From a virus (lineage: Duplodnaviria; Caudoviricetes), in IMG/VR virus record IMGVR_UViG_3300036770_008730: a stretch of 64,000 bases of DNA. One strand, 5' to 3'. Under the pieces are notes generated by a model. That model had not been told where the DNA came from. It ran no database searches and saw only the letters and a program-made list of their open reading frames with translations. Positions 29,286-38,525 of the stretch are shown piece by piece (the first letter of the stretch is position 1; each line of letters starts with the position of its first letter). A program made the translations under genes and the position numbers.

Positions 29286-29783
29286 TTAATTTTCAGTTTT
29301 TCCACTCAATTCACCAACTACATAATCTAAGAAGGAATCAAGTTCATATTCTAAACCATTACAAAACTCGAAAACATCATATTCATATCCTTCTTCATCT
29401 TTAGTTAGTGAATAGAAATCAGGAACGACTTGACCATTGTCATATGAAATTATACATCCTTCAAGTCTTCCCTCTAATTTTTTACCATTTGGCCAAGTTA
29501 GGTCTGGAACATAAAGAACTCCTTTGTAATGTTTTTCATCACCGAAATCTTCTATCTCACTTAGTTCAAATTTGAAATAACCGTGATCATCTTCAAAAAC
29601 AGATTCCATTTCTTTTTTTGCTAAATTAACATGATGTAATTCCTGTTGACCTGATTTATGAGAGTCTAAAAATTCTTTTTCCTCTTTTGATAAAGATGAC
29701 ATACCAAACTTGGAAATCTTATCAAGTAAGTCATCCAATCGTTGATTGGAAGTGTATCCTTCATATCTCATTAAATGTTTCAT
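29286..29783 (-). CDS. hypothetical protein with DUF6576-like motif
   Basis: LDDLLDKISKFGMSSLSKEEKEFL; N-terminus MKHLMRYEG. Confidence 0.65.
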   Translation of the reverse strand: MKHLMRYEGYTSNQRLDDLLDKISKFGMSSLSKEEKEFLDSHKSGQQELHHVNLAKKEMESVFEDDHGYFKFELSEIEDFGDEKHYKGVLYVPDLTWPNGKKLEGRLEGCIISYDNGQVVPDFYSLTKDEEGYEYDVFEFCNGLEYELDSFLDYVVGELSGKTEN

Positions 29784-29822
29784 AACTTTCACATAGTATA
29801 TATTCTGGTTTTAAATAGATAA

Positions 29823-30170
29823 TTAGTGATATTCATTGGTATCACTGAACATATCATTTCCATATTCTCTGATTTGTTTTTTTACAACATCTAACATCGT
29901 ATTTAGACCAACGCCTTCATATTGATATATCCCCACAAAATCATGAGCCATCTCTTCGGTATCAAATGGTACGAAATCTTGTTTTTGTAGAATAGAAACT
30001 AATTTTCTATCTCTATTTTGGTTTTTTATTTCATTAATAAAAGATTCAATAAGAAAAACAATAAATCCACCTGAACCGTCTTTTGGGTGATTTCTTATCA
30101 TATCAAAATCAATACCATGATAATAGTAACAAAGTCTGTTATTTATTATTTCTTTTTCAATTAATGTCAT
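29823..30170 (-). CDS. hypothetical protein
   Basis: 115 aa; NRDRKLVSIL motif. Confidence 0.6.
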   Translation of the reverse strand: MTLIEKEIINNRLCYYYHGIDFDMIRNHPKDGSGGFIVFLIESFINEIKNQNRDRKLVSILQKQDFVPFDTEEMAHDFVGIYQYEGVGLNTMLDVVKKQIREYGNDMFSDTNEYH

Positions 30171-30399
30171 CGAAAATATCGTCTAATTTTTGATCTCTAA
30201 TTTCTGATTTATAAACTTCTAGTATTTTATTCTTGAAAAGTTCATCTTCATCAAACCTATCTTTGAATTCTAAAAAATAAGAATTAGATATTTTAAGAAG
30301 AGCCATCTTCGCCCTGGTCAATTTTTCTCCAAACTGATTTGAGCATAGTCTATTTTCTAAATAAGATAGATAAAGTGGATACAATTGGTCATTTTTCAT
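30157..30399 (-). CDS. hypothetical protein
   Basis: 80 aa; ends IRDQKLDDIFDDIN. Confidence 0.6.
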   Translation of the reverse strand: MKNDQLYPLYLSYLENRLCSNQFGEKLTRAKMALLKISNSYFLEFKDRFDEDELFKNKILEVYKSEIRDQKLDDIFDDIN

Positions 30400-30430
30400 A
30401 ATTTATATATCCACATTTAATATATACATT

Positions 30431-31090
30431 ATGATATTAAAATTTAAACTTTTTGAAGCTCAACAAAGACATTACGGTAAAGGAACTTTATTCTCTGATA
30501 ATCACAGAATACCAAATCTACCAGAACAGTGTGCAATGATTGATATTGATGGTGTATCACTATCAGGAAATCAAATAAATGCTATAATCGAGGATAAATT
30601 CAAATTCGATTCGAAAGCATTAGGTAATCCTTTAGAAGGAGAAGGAACTTGGCAAAGAAAAAAATTAGTAGATATCTCCAAAACACTGAGATGTCCTTTA
30701 ATTTTGAATGAGTTATCAACAAAAACTTATATCAAGTTTGATAATAATTTACAACCAGAAAAAATAGATTCACTTGATGAATACTCAGTTATTGAAACTG
30801 CTAATAGAGTATTTGTAGAAATTAGATTTGGTAGACCAAAGGCAATAATGTTTAGAATTGAGGATATAAAAGTTGATGATTTGCCAAATTCGGATTTATT
30901 TAAAGTCGCTTTACAACTATCTCAGAAATTAAATTGTGAACTCTACATCATAAGTGATGACTATAAACCTGGAAAAATATATATCAGAAAATACTTTTCA
31001 AAAGATGGTCAAAAGTCACCAACTTATGTAATAGATTGCGAAAATCCAATAACATGGATTACTGTTTACAAGCAATTAAATCTACTTTAA
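30431..31090 (+). CDS. hypothetical protein, possible PD-(D/E)XK fold
   Basis: IDIDG...IIEDK spacing; TTAATATATA at 30417-30426; N-terminus MILKFKLFEA. Confidence 0.5.
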   Translation: MILKFKLFEAQQRHYGKGTLFSDNHRIPNLPEQCAMIDIDGVSLSGNQINAIIEDKFKFDSKALGNPLEGEGTWQRKKLVDISKTLRCPLILNELSTKTYIKFDNNLQPEKIDSLDEYSVIETANRVFVEIRFGRPKAIMFRIEDIKVDDLPNSDLFKVALQLSQKLNCELYIISDDYKPGKIYIRKYFSKDGQKSPTYVIDCENPITWITVYKQLNLL

Positions 31091-32520
31091 AATCCTTTTC
31101 CAAAAATATCTAAAACGACTGAAAGTCTTTTTGTTATTTCTGGCATTCCAAGTGGCTCAATAATAGAATTTATCGGTGACAAAATTGACTTATCAAATTG
31201 CTCATCAAAATCAATAGCTGGTGCAAACTCAATCGGATAAGCACCTCTTTGATAAGCAAACATATCCGTTACCGATTTATCTTTACAACAGTAGTATTTA
31301 ATCTTCATTCCTGATTTTATAAATTCATACTTAGACTGTAATTCTTTGTTTTTGAATAAAAGATAATTATGGTGTGCTGCTGACTTAACTGCAAAGTGAG
31401 CCCCAGAAACAAAGTTCAGAGGTAAAGTTTTATCATTATGAACCTTTGTTTCATATTTTGAAACTGAAGATTGCATACAAATATCATCAATATCAGCTAA
31501 CTCAAATTCTCTTCTTAGTTGTTTTACTTGTTTAAGTAAGTCTTTTATATTAAAACTATCAGGGTGTGTAAATAAATACTTTACAATACTAACAATCTTA
31601 TCTCTGGCAAATGCTGGTGTAGATGATCTTACAAGCTCTACTCCCTTTGGGTAAATATAGTTTAATCTATCATATGGAATACCATCTTCGAATAAAATAT
31701 GTTGAATATATTTCTTTTTTGCTATATTGATAATTGACTCTGAAATCCTTTCAAGTTCGAAATCTTCTTTGTTTTCAACTCCAAATGAGTCAGCATATTC
31801 TTCTAAACATTTTTTGAAGTAACCACCATATCTGTAATGGTCTATACCTTGAATAAAATCAATTTCATTAGACCAATTCCACTTGATTTTACTTTTGTCA
31901 ATTTGACCATTTTTTATTAACCCCTTTAATGTTCTATCTTTTACAAAATGACCATCTATAAGAATAACTTCGAAGTCTCCGGTCTTAAGATAGTTTTCTA
32001 GTTCTTGTATTTTACTACAAATAAATTGGCAGTTTTTATTATCCGTTTTAATTTCTTCTTTTGAAAGTATGACAAACTTTTTTGTAATGGCTTTTAGTTG
32101 ACCTTCATTGAAGATTAAGTTTTTCCATTGGCAATGATCGATTGCTGGCTTAAATGATACAAAAAGAGAATCGGTGTCTGCATAAATACTCACCGGTTCT
32201 TCTTTAGGAATTTGTGTAACATTTTTTACACAAAGTAATTTATGTAAATCTAAATCATTTTGCCACTGATTATACCAATAATCTTCATTAACTCTATCCA
32301 TAGTTTTGGTGAGATCACGACCCTGAGCAGTTATGGTTCCTGCTACATGGTTATTGTAGAGAATGAAGTAGGATGTAGCGAATGCACCGTAGCTTCCGTT
32401 TAGAACGAGTTTTAATGCAAGTTGAAGTGCGTTGTAATAATCAACTTCCTTCTTTATCTCGTTTGCTTTTTTCTTTAATGACTCTAATTTAGTAATTTTT
32501 TCTTCTTTTGTCATATACAT
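31087..32520 (-). CDS. family B DNA polymerase, C-terminal subunit (split gene)
   Basis: KLVLNGSYG (motif B), ITAQGR, IYADTDS (motif C), KKKY, KGVELVRSS; lacks exonuclease and motif A. Confidence 0.88.
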   Translation of the reverse strand: MYMTKEEKITKLESLKKKANEIKKEVDYYNALQLALKLVLNGSYGAFATSYFILYNNHVAGTITAQGRDLTKTMDRVNEDYWYNQWQNDLDLHKLLCVKNVTQIPKEEPVSIYADTDSLFVSFKPAIDHCQWKNLIFNEGQLKAITKKFVILSKEEIKTDNKNCQFICSKIQELENYLKTGDFEVILIDGHFVKDRTLKGLIKNGQIDKSKIKWNWSNEIDFIQGIDHYRYGGYFKKCLEEYADSFGVENKEDFELERISESIINIAKKKYIQHILFEDGIPYDRLNYIYPKGVELVRSSTPAFARDKIVSIVKYLFTHPDSFNIKDLLKQVKQLRREFELADIDDICMQSSVSKYETKVHNDKTLPLNFVSGAHFAVKSAAHHNYLLFKNKELQSKYEFIKSGMKIKYYCCKDKSVTDMFAYQRGAYPIEFAPAIDFDEQFDKSILSPINSIIEPLGMPEITKRLSVVLDIFGKGF

Positions 32521-32543
32521 GATATGATTTTAAGAGAAAATGT

Positions 32544-32897
32544 TTACAAAGAGTCCTTCTTCTGAAACGTAGTAGTATCTAATATTTTATTAACGTTATC
32601 AGTATCTATTGAATTAATAATAGTATCTTTTTTTGTAACTTTTTTAGGCTTTTTTACTTCTATTACCACTGGTATTTCAACCGGTTTAGATTTAAGAGAG
32701 TCTAATTTTTTTTGTAATTCAACTATTGTTGTGTCTCTTTTATTAATTGCAATTTTCAAAAAATCATTTGTGGATTCTGCATTTTCTATATCTTCTTTTA
32801 AAGAAAATATCCAAATAATTCCTATTAGGATAAAAAGAAATAACCATCCAATTTGTCTTCTTTGTCTTGCAATTATTCTGTTTTTTTCTATTAGCAT
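32544..32897 (-). CDS. single-pass membrane coiled-coil protein (i-spanin-like candidate)
   Basis: N-terminal TM helix IGWLFLFILIGIIWIFSL followed by coiled coil. Confidence 0.45.
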   Translation of the reverse strand: MLIEKNRIIARQRRQIGWLFLFILIGIIWIFSLKEDIENAESTNDFLKIAINKRDTTIVELQKKLDSLKSKPVEIPVVIEVKKPKKVTKKDTIINSIDTDNVNKILDTTTFQKKDSL

Positions 32898-33229
32898 AGT
32901 ATTTTGTTTAATTGTGAATTTCTATCTTCTTGTTTTAGGAACTCTATAAATGTTTCTAGTTTAAGTGAAACTCCTTCATATCCATCACCAAATTGATATC
33001 TAAAATCAGATTTACATAATTCATAAAATTTTTTGTAGATAAGATTTGATTTCTCATGACTTGATTTTGGATTGGTTAAAAAGATATCATTTACTCTTTC
33101 ATCTAAAATAAAGTCGGATGTTTTTTCACCATATAGAACTATTAATTTTCTAGCAGAGGCATATTCTGAATTTGAATCACTCCATTTTAAAGTGACCAGT
33201 TCACTTGCGAGAAAGATTTTATTTTCCAT
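32891..33229 (-). CDS. hypothetical protein
   Basis: 112 aa; TATATTTG upstream; ends EDRNSQLNKILC. Confidence 0.6.
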   Translation of the reverse strand: MENKIFLASELVTLKWSDSNSEYASARKLIVLYGEKTSDFILDERVNDIFLTNPKSSHEKSNLIYKKFYELCKSDFRYQFGDGYEGVSLKLETFIEFLKQEDRNSQLNKILC

Positions 33230-33233
33230 TTAA

Positions 33234-33241
33234 CAAATATA
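33234..33241 (-). promoter_or_regulatory. Bacteroidota sigma70-type -7 box (TAnnTTTG)
   Basis: TATATTTG on minus strand 4 nt upstream of ATG 33229. Confidence 0.45.
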
Positions 33242-33248
33242 TGGAAAA

Positions 33249-34034
33249 TTATTCATCTTCGGAAAAATCCTGTTCAAAACTCAACATTAAATTTGACGAA
33301 TCGTCTTTTATTAACATGAAGGAGTCAAATATATTTACCTCTACTTCATTATTATCATCAATGCAGCTTAAAAACTTTTTATTTAAAATTAGATTAGAAT
33401 TTCTTTGTTCATCCAATTTATCAATTTCAAGTTCCCAGGCTGCCTTTTCAGAGAAAAGGACGGTTCCATTTGTGACAGTTACATTGATAATTCTTTCAGA
33501 GTTTATATTCGAAAGTTTTTTTATATCGGTGAAATCTGATTGTGAAATTTTGAAGGACCACTTTTTATTCTTCAAGTCCAATCTTTGCTTTAAGATATTC
33601 TTATTTATATCTCTCATTTCATAATGTTCCCCTGTAAGCCAGTTGACTTTTAACTTACCACCAACGACTTGTAATGATCTAGCATTCCAGATATTATCAT
33701 CATCAGATGAGGGTTTATAACTTATCTCTAATGTTACTTTTTGACTTTCCTTAATAAAGTTTAGATTTTTAACAAACTTTTTAGAGTTTGGCAAGATCAT
33801 ATCAATAGTAGATTCAAACTCAGAAGATGTTTCAATGAAATCTTTTGTTGGTAGTAAATAGTTTTTGAATGCCAACATCACATTACCACCTAACATAGAA
33901 TACATTAATATATGGTCACTGTCAATTTTTAGTTTGATAGTGTCTTCTATTTTGCACAATTCTTCTAATTTATCGATAAACTCTGAGAACTTTTCAGTTT
34001 TGATATTGAATTTGATTTTATTTGACATATACAT
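33249..34034 (-). CDS. probable DNA sliding clamp (gp45/PCNA-like)
   Basis: 261 aa, two-domain beta-alpha pattern (F.I....F.EF...L......I.LKI), near the polymerase gene. Confidence 0.55.
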   Translation of the reverse strand: MYMSNKIKFNIKTEKFSEFIDKLEELCKIEDTIKLKIDSDHILMYSMLGGNVMLAFKNYLLPTKDFIETSSEFESTIDMILPNSKKFVKNLNFIKESQKVTLEISYKPSSDDDNIWNARSLQVVGGKLKVNWLTGEHYEMRDINKNILKQRLDLKNKKWSFKISQSDFTDIKKLSNINSERIINVTVTNGTVLFSEKAAWELEIDKLDEQRNSNLILNKKFLSCIDDNNEVEVNIFDSFMLIKDDSSNLMLSFEQDFSEDE

Positions 34035-34093
34035 GATACTTTTTTATGAATGATTTGTTTAAATAATGAATTACTACTTTAATATATACTGAT

Positions 34094-35026
34094 ATGGTAA
34101 AAAGATGGCATGAATTTATAAGAGAATTTGTTGAAAACTCTAATAATATTATTGATATTAAAATGCAAGAGTTGAGAGATTTAATTGATAGTTTCTCAAA
34201 TGGCCAAAACATCATATATGAATGGGAAAATATGAATGACCATCAGTTAGATGTTGCATTTAGTTACGAAGGTTTATCTATTAAATATGAATTTGATATA
34301 GACCAAATGAAAGTTACTAAAATCTCAGGAGATGTTGTTGATTTTACAACTGAAGTGGAGTCAATTGATGAAGGACTTGATGTTATTGAAAAGGACATAC
34401 ATTTTGTATTAGGTGTTTCTGAAAGTTACAGTCCAGAATATGATTCATCTTTGTCAGAAGAAGAGGTTAGAGAAGTGGTGAGAAAAATTAGGAATTTTGC
34501 AAAAATTGAAGTTATAGACAATACAGCAGATGTTGAAGGATTAGTAGAAGAGTTACAAAAATCTTTATCGAACTATGATAAAGAAACTATTGATTTAGTT
34601 ATCGACACTACTCTATTCGGTGATGATTCTGATAATTGGGAAGATTGGGCGATTGAACAAATCATTCAAACTGGTGATAAAATAATGAGTAAACATGGAA
34701 CAGAACCAACTCAAATTTTAAATGCTTATGATAACTCATTTCAGTATTTACGAAAATATTTTAGATGGGAAGATGATGTTTTTGAATCAAAGAGTGGAAG
34801 ACCTAGATCTCAAAGATATAAAGGTCGTAAAATACCAGGTAAGTATCTGACTAAAAATCCAAAAGCGATGAAAAGAGAAATTGATACTTACAGAGGTAAA
34901 AAAGAATATAAAAAAGATTGGGATGCTGATTATAAATCTGGTAAAGGTGGTAAAGGTAAAAGAGTAAAGACAAAAAAATCAGCGGCTACTCTAGCCTATG
35001 AGAAAAAATTTAAAAATAAAGAATAA
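34094..35026 (+). CDS. hypothetical protein with basic C-terminal domain
   Basis: TTAATATATA at 34079-34088; N-terminus MVKRWHEFIRE; acidic body then FES followed by basic tail. Confidence 0.7.
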   Translation: MVKRWHEFIREFVENSNNIIDIKMQELRDLIDSFSNGQNIIYEWENMNDHQLDVAFSYEGLSIKYEFDIDQMKVTKISGDVVDFTTEVESIDEGLDVIEKDIHFVLGVSESYSPEYDSSLSEEEVREVVRKIRNFAKIEVIDNTADVEGLVEELQKSLSNYDKETIDLVIDTTLFGDDSDNWEDWAIEQIIQTGDKIMSKHGTEPTQILNAYDNSFQYLRKYFRWEDDVFESKSGRPRSQRYKGRKIPGKYLTKNPKAMKREIDTYRGKKEYKKDWDADYKSGKGGKGKRVKTKKSAATLAYEKKFKNKE

Positions 35027-35028
35027 CT

Positions 35029-35427
35029 ATGGAACATTTATTAAGTTTTGAAGATCTATTTGAAGATTATTCTAAGTATTTAGAATCAGAGGATTTTGAA
35101 TTACAGGATGACTTTGACACCGAGATGGTTGAAGAAGATTTAGAAGAAAATGAAGAACTTTATGAAAAAAAGAAAAGTGGTGTAACTGCTTCACTAAAAA
35201 AGAAATCTAAGGCATCTGGAATTCCTATGGGAATTTTAAGAAAAGTATTTTCAAAAGGAATGCAAGCTTGGAACGCAGGTCATAGACCTGGTGTTGCACA
35301 ACATCAGTGGGGAATGGGTAGAGTAAATAGCTTTATTACCGGTGCGGGTGGAGCTAGAAAATCAGATGCTAAACTTTGGGCACAAGCTAAGAAAGCTAAA
35401 GCAAGAAAAAAGAAAAAGAAAAAATGA
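35029..35427 (+). CDS. DUF5824-like protein
   Basis: SGIPMGILRKVF.KG.QAW..GHRPG..QHQWG.GRVNSF; poly-Lys tail. Confidence 0.6.
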   Translation: MEHLLSFEDLFEDYSKYLESEDFELQDDFDTEMVEEDLEENEELYEKKKSGVTASLKKKSKASGIPMGILRKVFSKGMQAWNAGHRPGVAQHQWGMGRVNSFITGAGGARKSDAKLWAQAKKAKARKKKKKK

Positions 35428-35912
35428 AATACGTAAAGTTATTTGAAGAATTCAGCGCTGTAAAAAAATCATCGAAAAAAGAATCTTTGAAGAAAGGTAA
35501 AATTGAAGTTAAAACCTCAACAATACCAAATGCTGGTAAAGGTTTATTCGCCTTACAAGATTTCTCTAAGGGTGATGAGATCTGTGAATTTACTGGAAAA
35601 GAAGTAAGTAAAGAAGAAATTAAAAAACTTACAGGAACAAGAGCTGAGTATTTGATTGGAAAGGATGATGGATCAACTGTGGATGTCTATAACTCAAAGA
35701 GTCCAGCAAAGTATTCAAATGACCACGATGGATATTTAAAAGCTACAAAGAAGACTGGCTTTGAAAAGAAGAACAACTGTGAAATTATGGAACTAGATAA
35801 TGGTGAGTTGTGGCTTATAGCTACCAAAAAAATCAAAGAAGGTGATGAAATCTTCTGTTCTTATGGTTCAAGTTATTGGACAAATTGGTTAAAAAGTAAT
35901 AAAGAAAAATAA
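35424..35912 (+). CDS. SET-domain protein (putative lysine methyltransferase)
   Basis: STIPNAGKGLFA..DF.KGD.I.EFTG, PAKYSNDH, IATKKIKEGDEIFCSYG..YW. Confidence 0.88.
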   Translation: MKYVKLFEEFSAVKKSSKKESLKKGKIEVKTSTIPNAGKGLFALQDFSKGDEICEFTGKEVSKEEIKKLTGTRAEYLIGKDDGSTVDVYNSKSPAKYSNDHDGYLKATKKTGFEKKNNCEIMELDNGELWLIATKKIKEGDEIFCSYGSSYWTNWLKSNKEK

Positions 35913-35916
35913 TAAC

Positions 35917-36318
35917 TTATCTAACCAAAGGTTTGATTTGCTCTTCAAATATTCTTTGAATTTCTTTTAATTTCTTTCTTGTTGTTTTTACATCTAATTG
36001 AATTCTCCAGTTTTTTACTTGATTATCATCATCCTCTGGTACCTCTTCTATTATCAACTCTGAATCAAAATGGTCAATTCGTTCAAAAAGTAATTTGCCA
36101 TCTTCATCAACAGCATTTGACATACCTTCTTCATCTGATATCATTCTACCACCAACACGAGGATTCTCTTCTGACCAACCTCCATAAATAATGTGATATT
36201 CTCCGTTTTTAGTTGGTGTGATTGTGTGTCCCTCAGATAGGATAAGTGTTCTATTTTTAACACCAAGTATACTAGTAGTAATATACCAATCTTTTTTTAA
36301 TTTGAAATCTGGTAGCAT
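35917..36318 (-). CDS. hypothetical protein
   Basis: 133-aa ORF. Confidence 0.6.
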   Translation of the reverse strand: MLPDFKLKKDWYITTSILGVKNRTLILSEGHTITPTKNGEYHIIYGGWSEENPRVGGRMISDEEGMSNAVDEDGKLLFERIDHFDSELIIEEVPEDDDNQVKNWRIQLDVKTTRKKLKEIQRIFEEQIKPLVR

Positions 36319-36389
36319 AAAATTTGTATTTAGTAAAGAAAATAAGTTGTAGAAAATAATATATAAGTAGTAAAATTATAAAATTTAAT

Positions 36390-37640
36390 ATGATTAAGAA
36401 ATATACAGGATTCCTATTAGAAAACTTTAGATACAATGCTACTCTTATATTAGAAGCTCAATTATCAGCAACTGGTGGTTTTTTAGATAAACTCGATACT
36501 ATCTCAAAAGAAAAAGGAATGGCTGGTGAAATTGCAAAAAATATAAAAGATTTTATAGAGAAAGAGGGTTGGGTAAGTGATGATAACATTAAACAAAATT
36601 ACTTTGATACCACTGAAAAAGAAGATATGATTTCTTTTTTAATGCAAAGTAAGTTACCAAAGGATTGGGATGAAGAAGTTGACCCTTCTCTTCCATACAA
36701 CACAAAAGGTAGAACAGAAGTAAAAGTTTCCAAGATAATCAAATACATCGTCACTCTTATGGATGCCGAAGGTGAGTGGAATAGTGTTCCACCAAAAGAT
36801 AAAGATATAGAGGCATTTGTAAATGCATTTAAAGCAACAAAGGCATCTACTGACTTTAAGTTCAAAGAAATAAAAGGTGATGAAATTGCTAAGTATTACA
36901 ATCAAAAGAAATATTTCAATTCATCAGGAACACTTGGTGGATCTTGCATGGCTGATGAATCAAAAGGAACATTTAAGATTTATAGTCAAAATGAAACTAA
37001 AGTTAAGTTGTTGGTCTTTATAGATGAAAAACAAGATAAAATATCTGGAAGAGCGATTCTTTGGAAACTGAGTAAATCACCATGTGATGCAAATTGGTTT
37101 ATGGATAGAGTATATACAAATAGAGACTCTGACTTTATTAAGTTCAAAAATTATGCTGAAGAAAAGGGTTATTTATACAAATCTATTATGAATAGTCATA
37201 CCAGTGAAAATGTAAAGTTTAGATACAAAGGTTCGGATGTTCAAGGTATAGTAAAAGTAAAATTAGACGGTTCAGCAAAAAGTTATCCTTTTATCGACAC
37301 AATGTGTTTCCTAAATAAAGATAAAACTGAGTTAAGTAATGTTCCATCAGTAGGAAGCTTTTTTCTTCATTCAGTGTCTGGTGATTGTGACCACTGTAGT
37401 GATTGTGATGGGAAGATGTTTATTTGTGACGACTATCAGTGTGGATATAATAATGGTGAGATTGATTGTGATGAATGTAATTCTTCAGGAATGGTTGATG
37501 GAAAAAAATGTACCAGTTGTAAGGGTACTGGTTATATAAAATGTGATCATCCAAATACTGAAATTTGCAATGATTGTTGTGATGGATTAATGACTTTAGG
37601 TGTCAGAACAGTTGAAGACCTTAAGAAGATATCTAAGTAA
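36390..37640 (+). CDS. hypothetical protein, SCM/GRAILW/MDRVYT family (paralog 2) with C-terminal CxxCxGxG zinc finger
   Basis: GTLGGSCM, ISGRAILW, FMDRVYT, YPFIDTM; CDECNSSG..CTSCKGTG; TAATATATA 36357-36365. Confidence 0.75.
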   Translation: MIKKYTGFLLENFRYNATLILEAQLSATGGFLDKLDTISKEKGMAGEIAKNIKDFIEKEGWVSDDNIKQNYFDTTEKEDMISFLMQSKLPKDWDEEVDPSLPYNTKGRTEVKVSKIIKYIVTLMDAEGEWNSVPPKDKDIEAFVNAFKATKASTDFKFKEIKGDEIAKYYNQKKYFNSSGTLGGSCMADESKGTFKIYSQNETKVKLLVFIDEKQDKISGRAILWKLSKSPCDANWFMDRVYTNRDSDFIKFKNYAEEKGYLYKSIMNSHTSENVKFRYKGSDVQGIVKVKLDGSAKSYPFIDTMCFLNKDKTELSNVPSVGSFFLHSVSGDCDHCSDCDGKMFICDDYQCGYNNGEIDCDECNSSGMVDGKKCTSCKGTGYIKCDHPNTEICNDCCDGLMTLGVRTVEDLKKISK

Positions 37641-37642
37641 TT

Positions 37643-38143
37643 TTATCTACCCAAATAGTTCATTAATTCTATCATATTCTTAATTGAGTATGAAAAACTC
37701 TCTAGGTTCTTAACCGTGTCTCTAAGAAATTCAATATAAGATTCGATTAATTCTAAACTTCTATCATTTTCAGCCAAGTGAGCATCGATTAAGATTGCCT
37801 TTTCACCCATATTTGTTTTTACACCAAATCCAGTAGCATAGAAAATAAATTTATCTTGTCTAATTTTTTTAATTTTTGTAGTTTCTTTACTTCTCTTATT
37901 TAAGAAGAAGTTAATTTGTTCGTTTATTTGCTGTCTAAAAGACAGAGCTATTGCCTGAGCATCCAAAACATGCTTTGAATTTGAGGGATTAGATAAATCC
38001 TGTGATAAAACCTTAAAAACAGGTTCTACATTTTTGTTCCAGTCAGCGCGTTTTTCGTTGAAAAACTCTTCTAATTTATCATTAGTTTCTTTTGCCTTTT
38101 GTATGCGGTCTAATTCTTCCTGATTATATAGATTCATCGTCAA
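37643..38143 (-). CDS. uvsY: UvsY-like recombination mediator
   Basis: Helical protein; C-terminus IEFLRDTVKNLESFSYSIKNMIE resembles the UvsY end. Confidence 0.5.
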   Translation of the reverse strand: MTMNLYNQEELDRIQKAKETNDKLEEFFNEKRADWNKNVEPVFKVLSQDLSNPSNSKHVLDAQAIALSFRQQINEQINFFLNKRSKETTKIKKIRQDKFIFYATGFGVKTNMGEKAILIDAHLAENDRSLELIESYIEFLRDTVKNLESFSYSIKNMIELMNYLGR

Positions 38144-38525
38144 TTATTTTTTTCATTAAGTATTCTCTATGTAAGTTTTTATTATCACAACTTATTAGAG
38201 TTTTTTCTATTAGGGATTTTAATTTTGATTCAATTTCTGAATTTAGTATTTCATCGAGTATTGTAGTCCAAAAATCAACTAAGTAATGGTCTTCTATCAC
38301 AATCGGTAAATCCTCATCATTATTTATTTCGATACATTTATTTCTATTGTCAATTATGATTGACATCTGCGGCCTTAAAAACGGATTACCATTTCTATCA
38401 ATTAGATCAGAAAAAAATTCAATATAGAAATGTTTGAATCCATATTTCATCTTTTTGTGAAGATTTATTCTTTCATCTTCTCGGTGAGAAATAAGAAATT
38501 CAATAAAATTGTTAAGTTCTTTCAT
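38124..38525 (-). CDS. hypothetical protein
   Basis: 133 aa; ends LHREYLMKKIIDDESI. Confidence 0.6.
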   Translation of the reverse strand: MKELNNFIEFLISHREDERINLHKKMKYGFKHFYIEFFSDLIDRNGNPFLRPQMSIIIDNRNKCIEINNDEDLPIVIEDHYLVDFWTTILDEILNSEIESKLKSLIEKTLISCDNKNLHREYLMKKIIDDESI

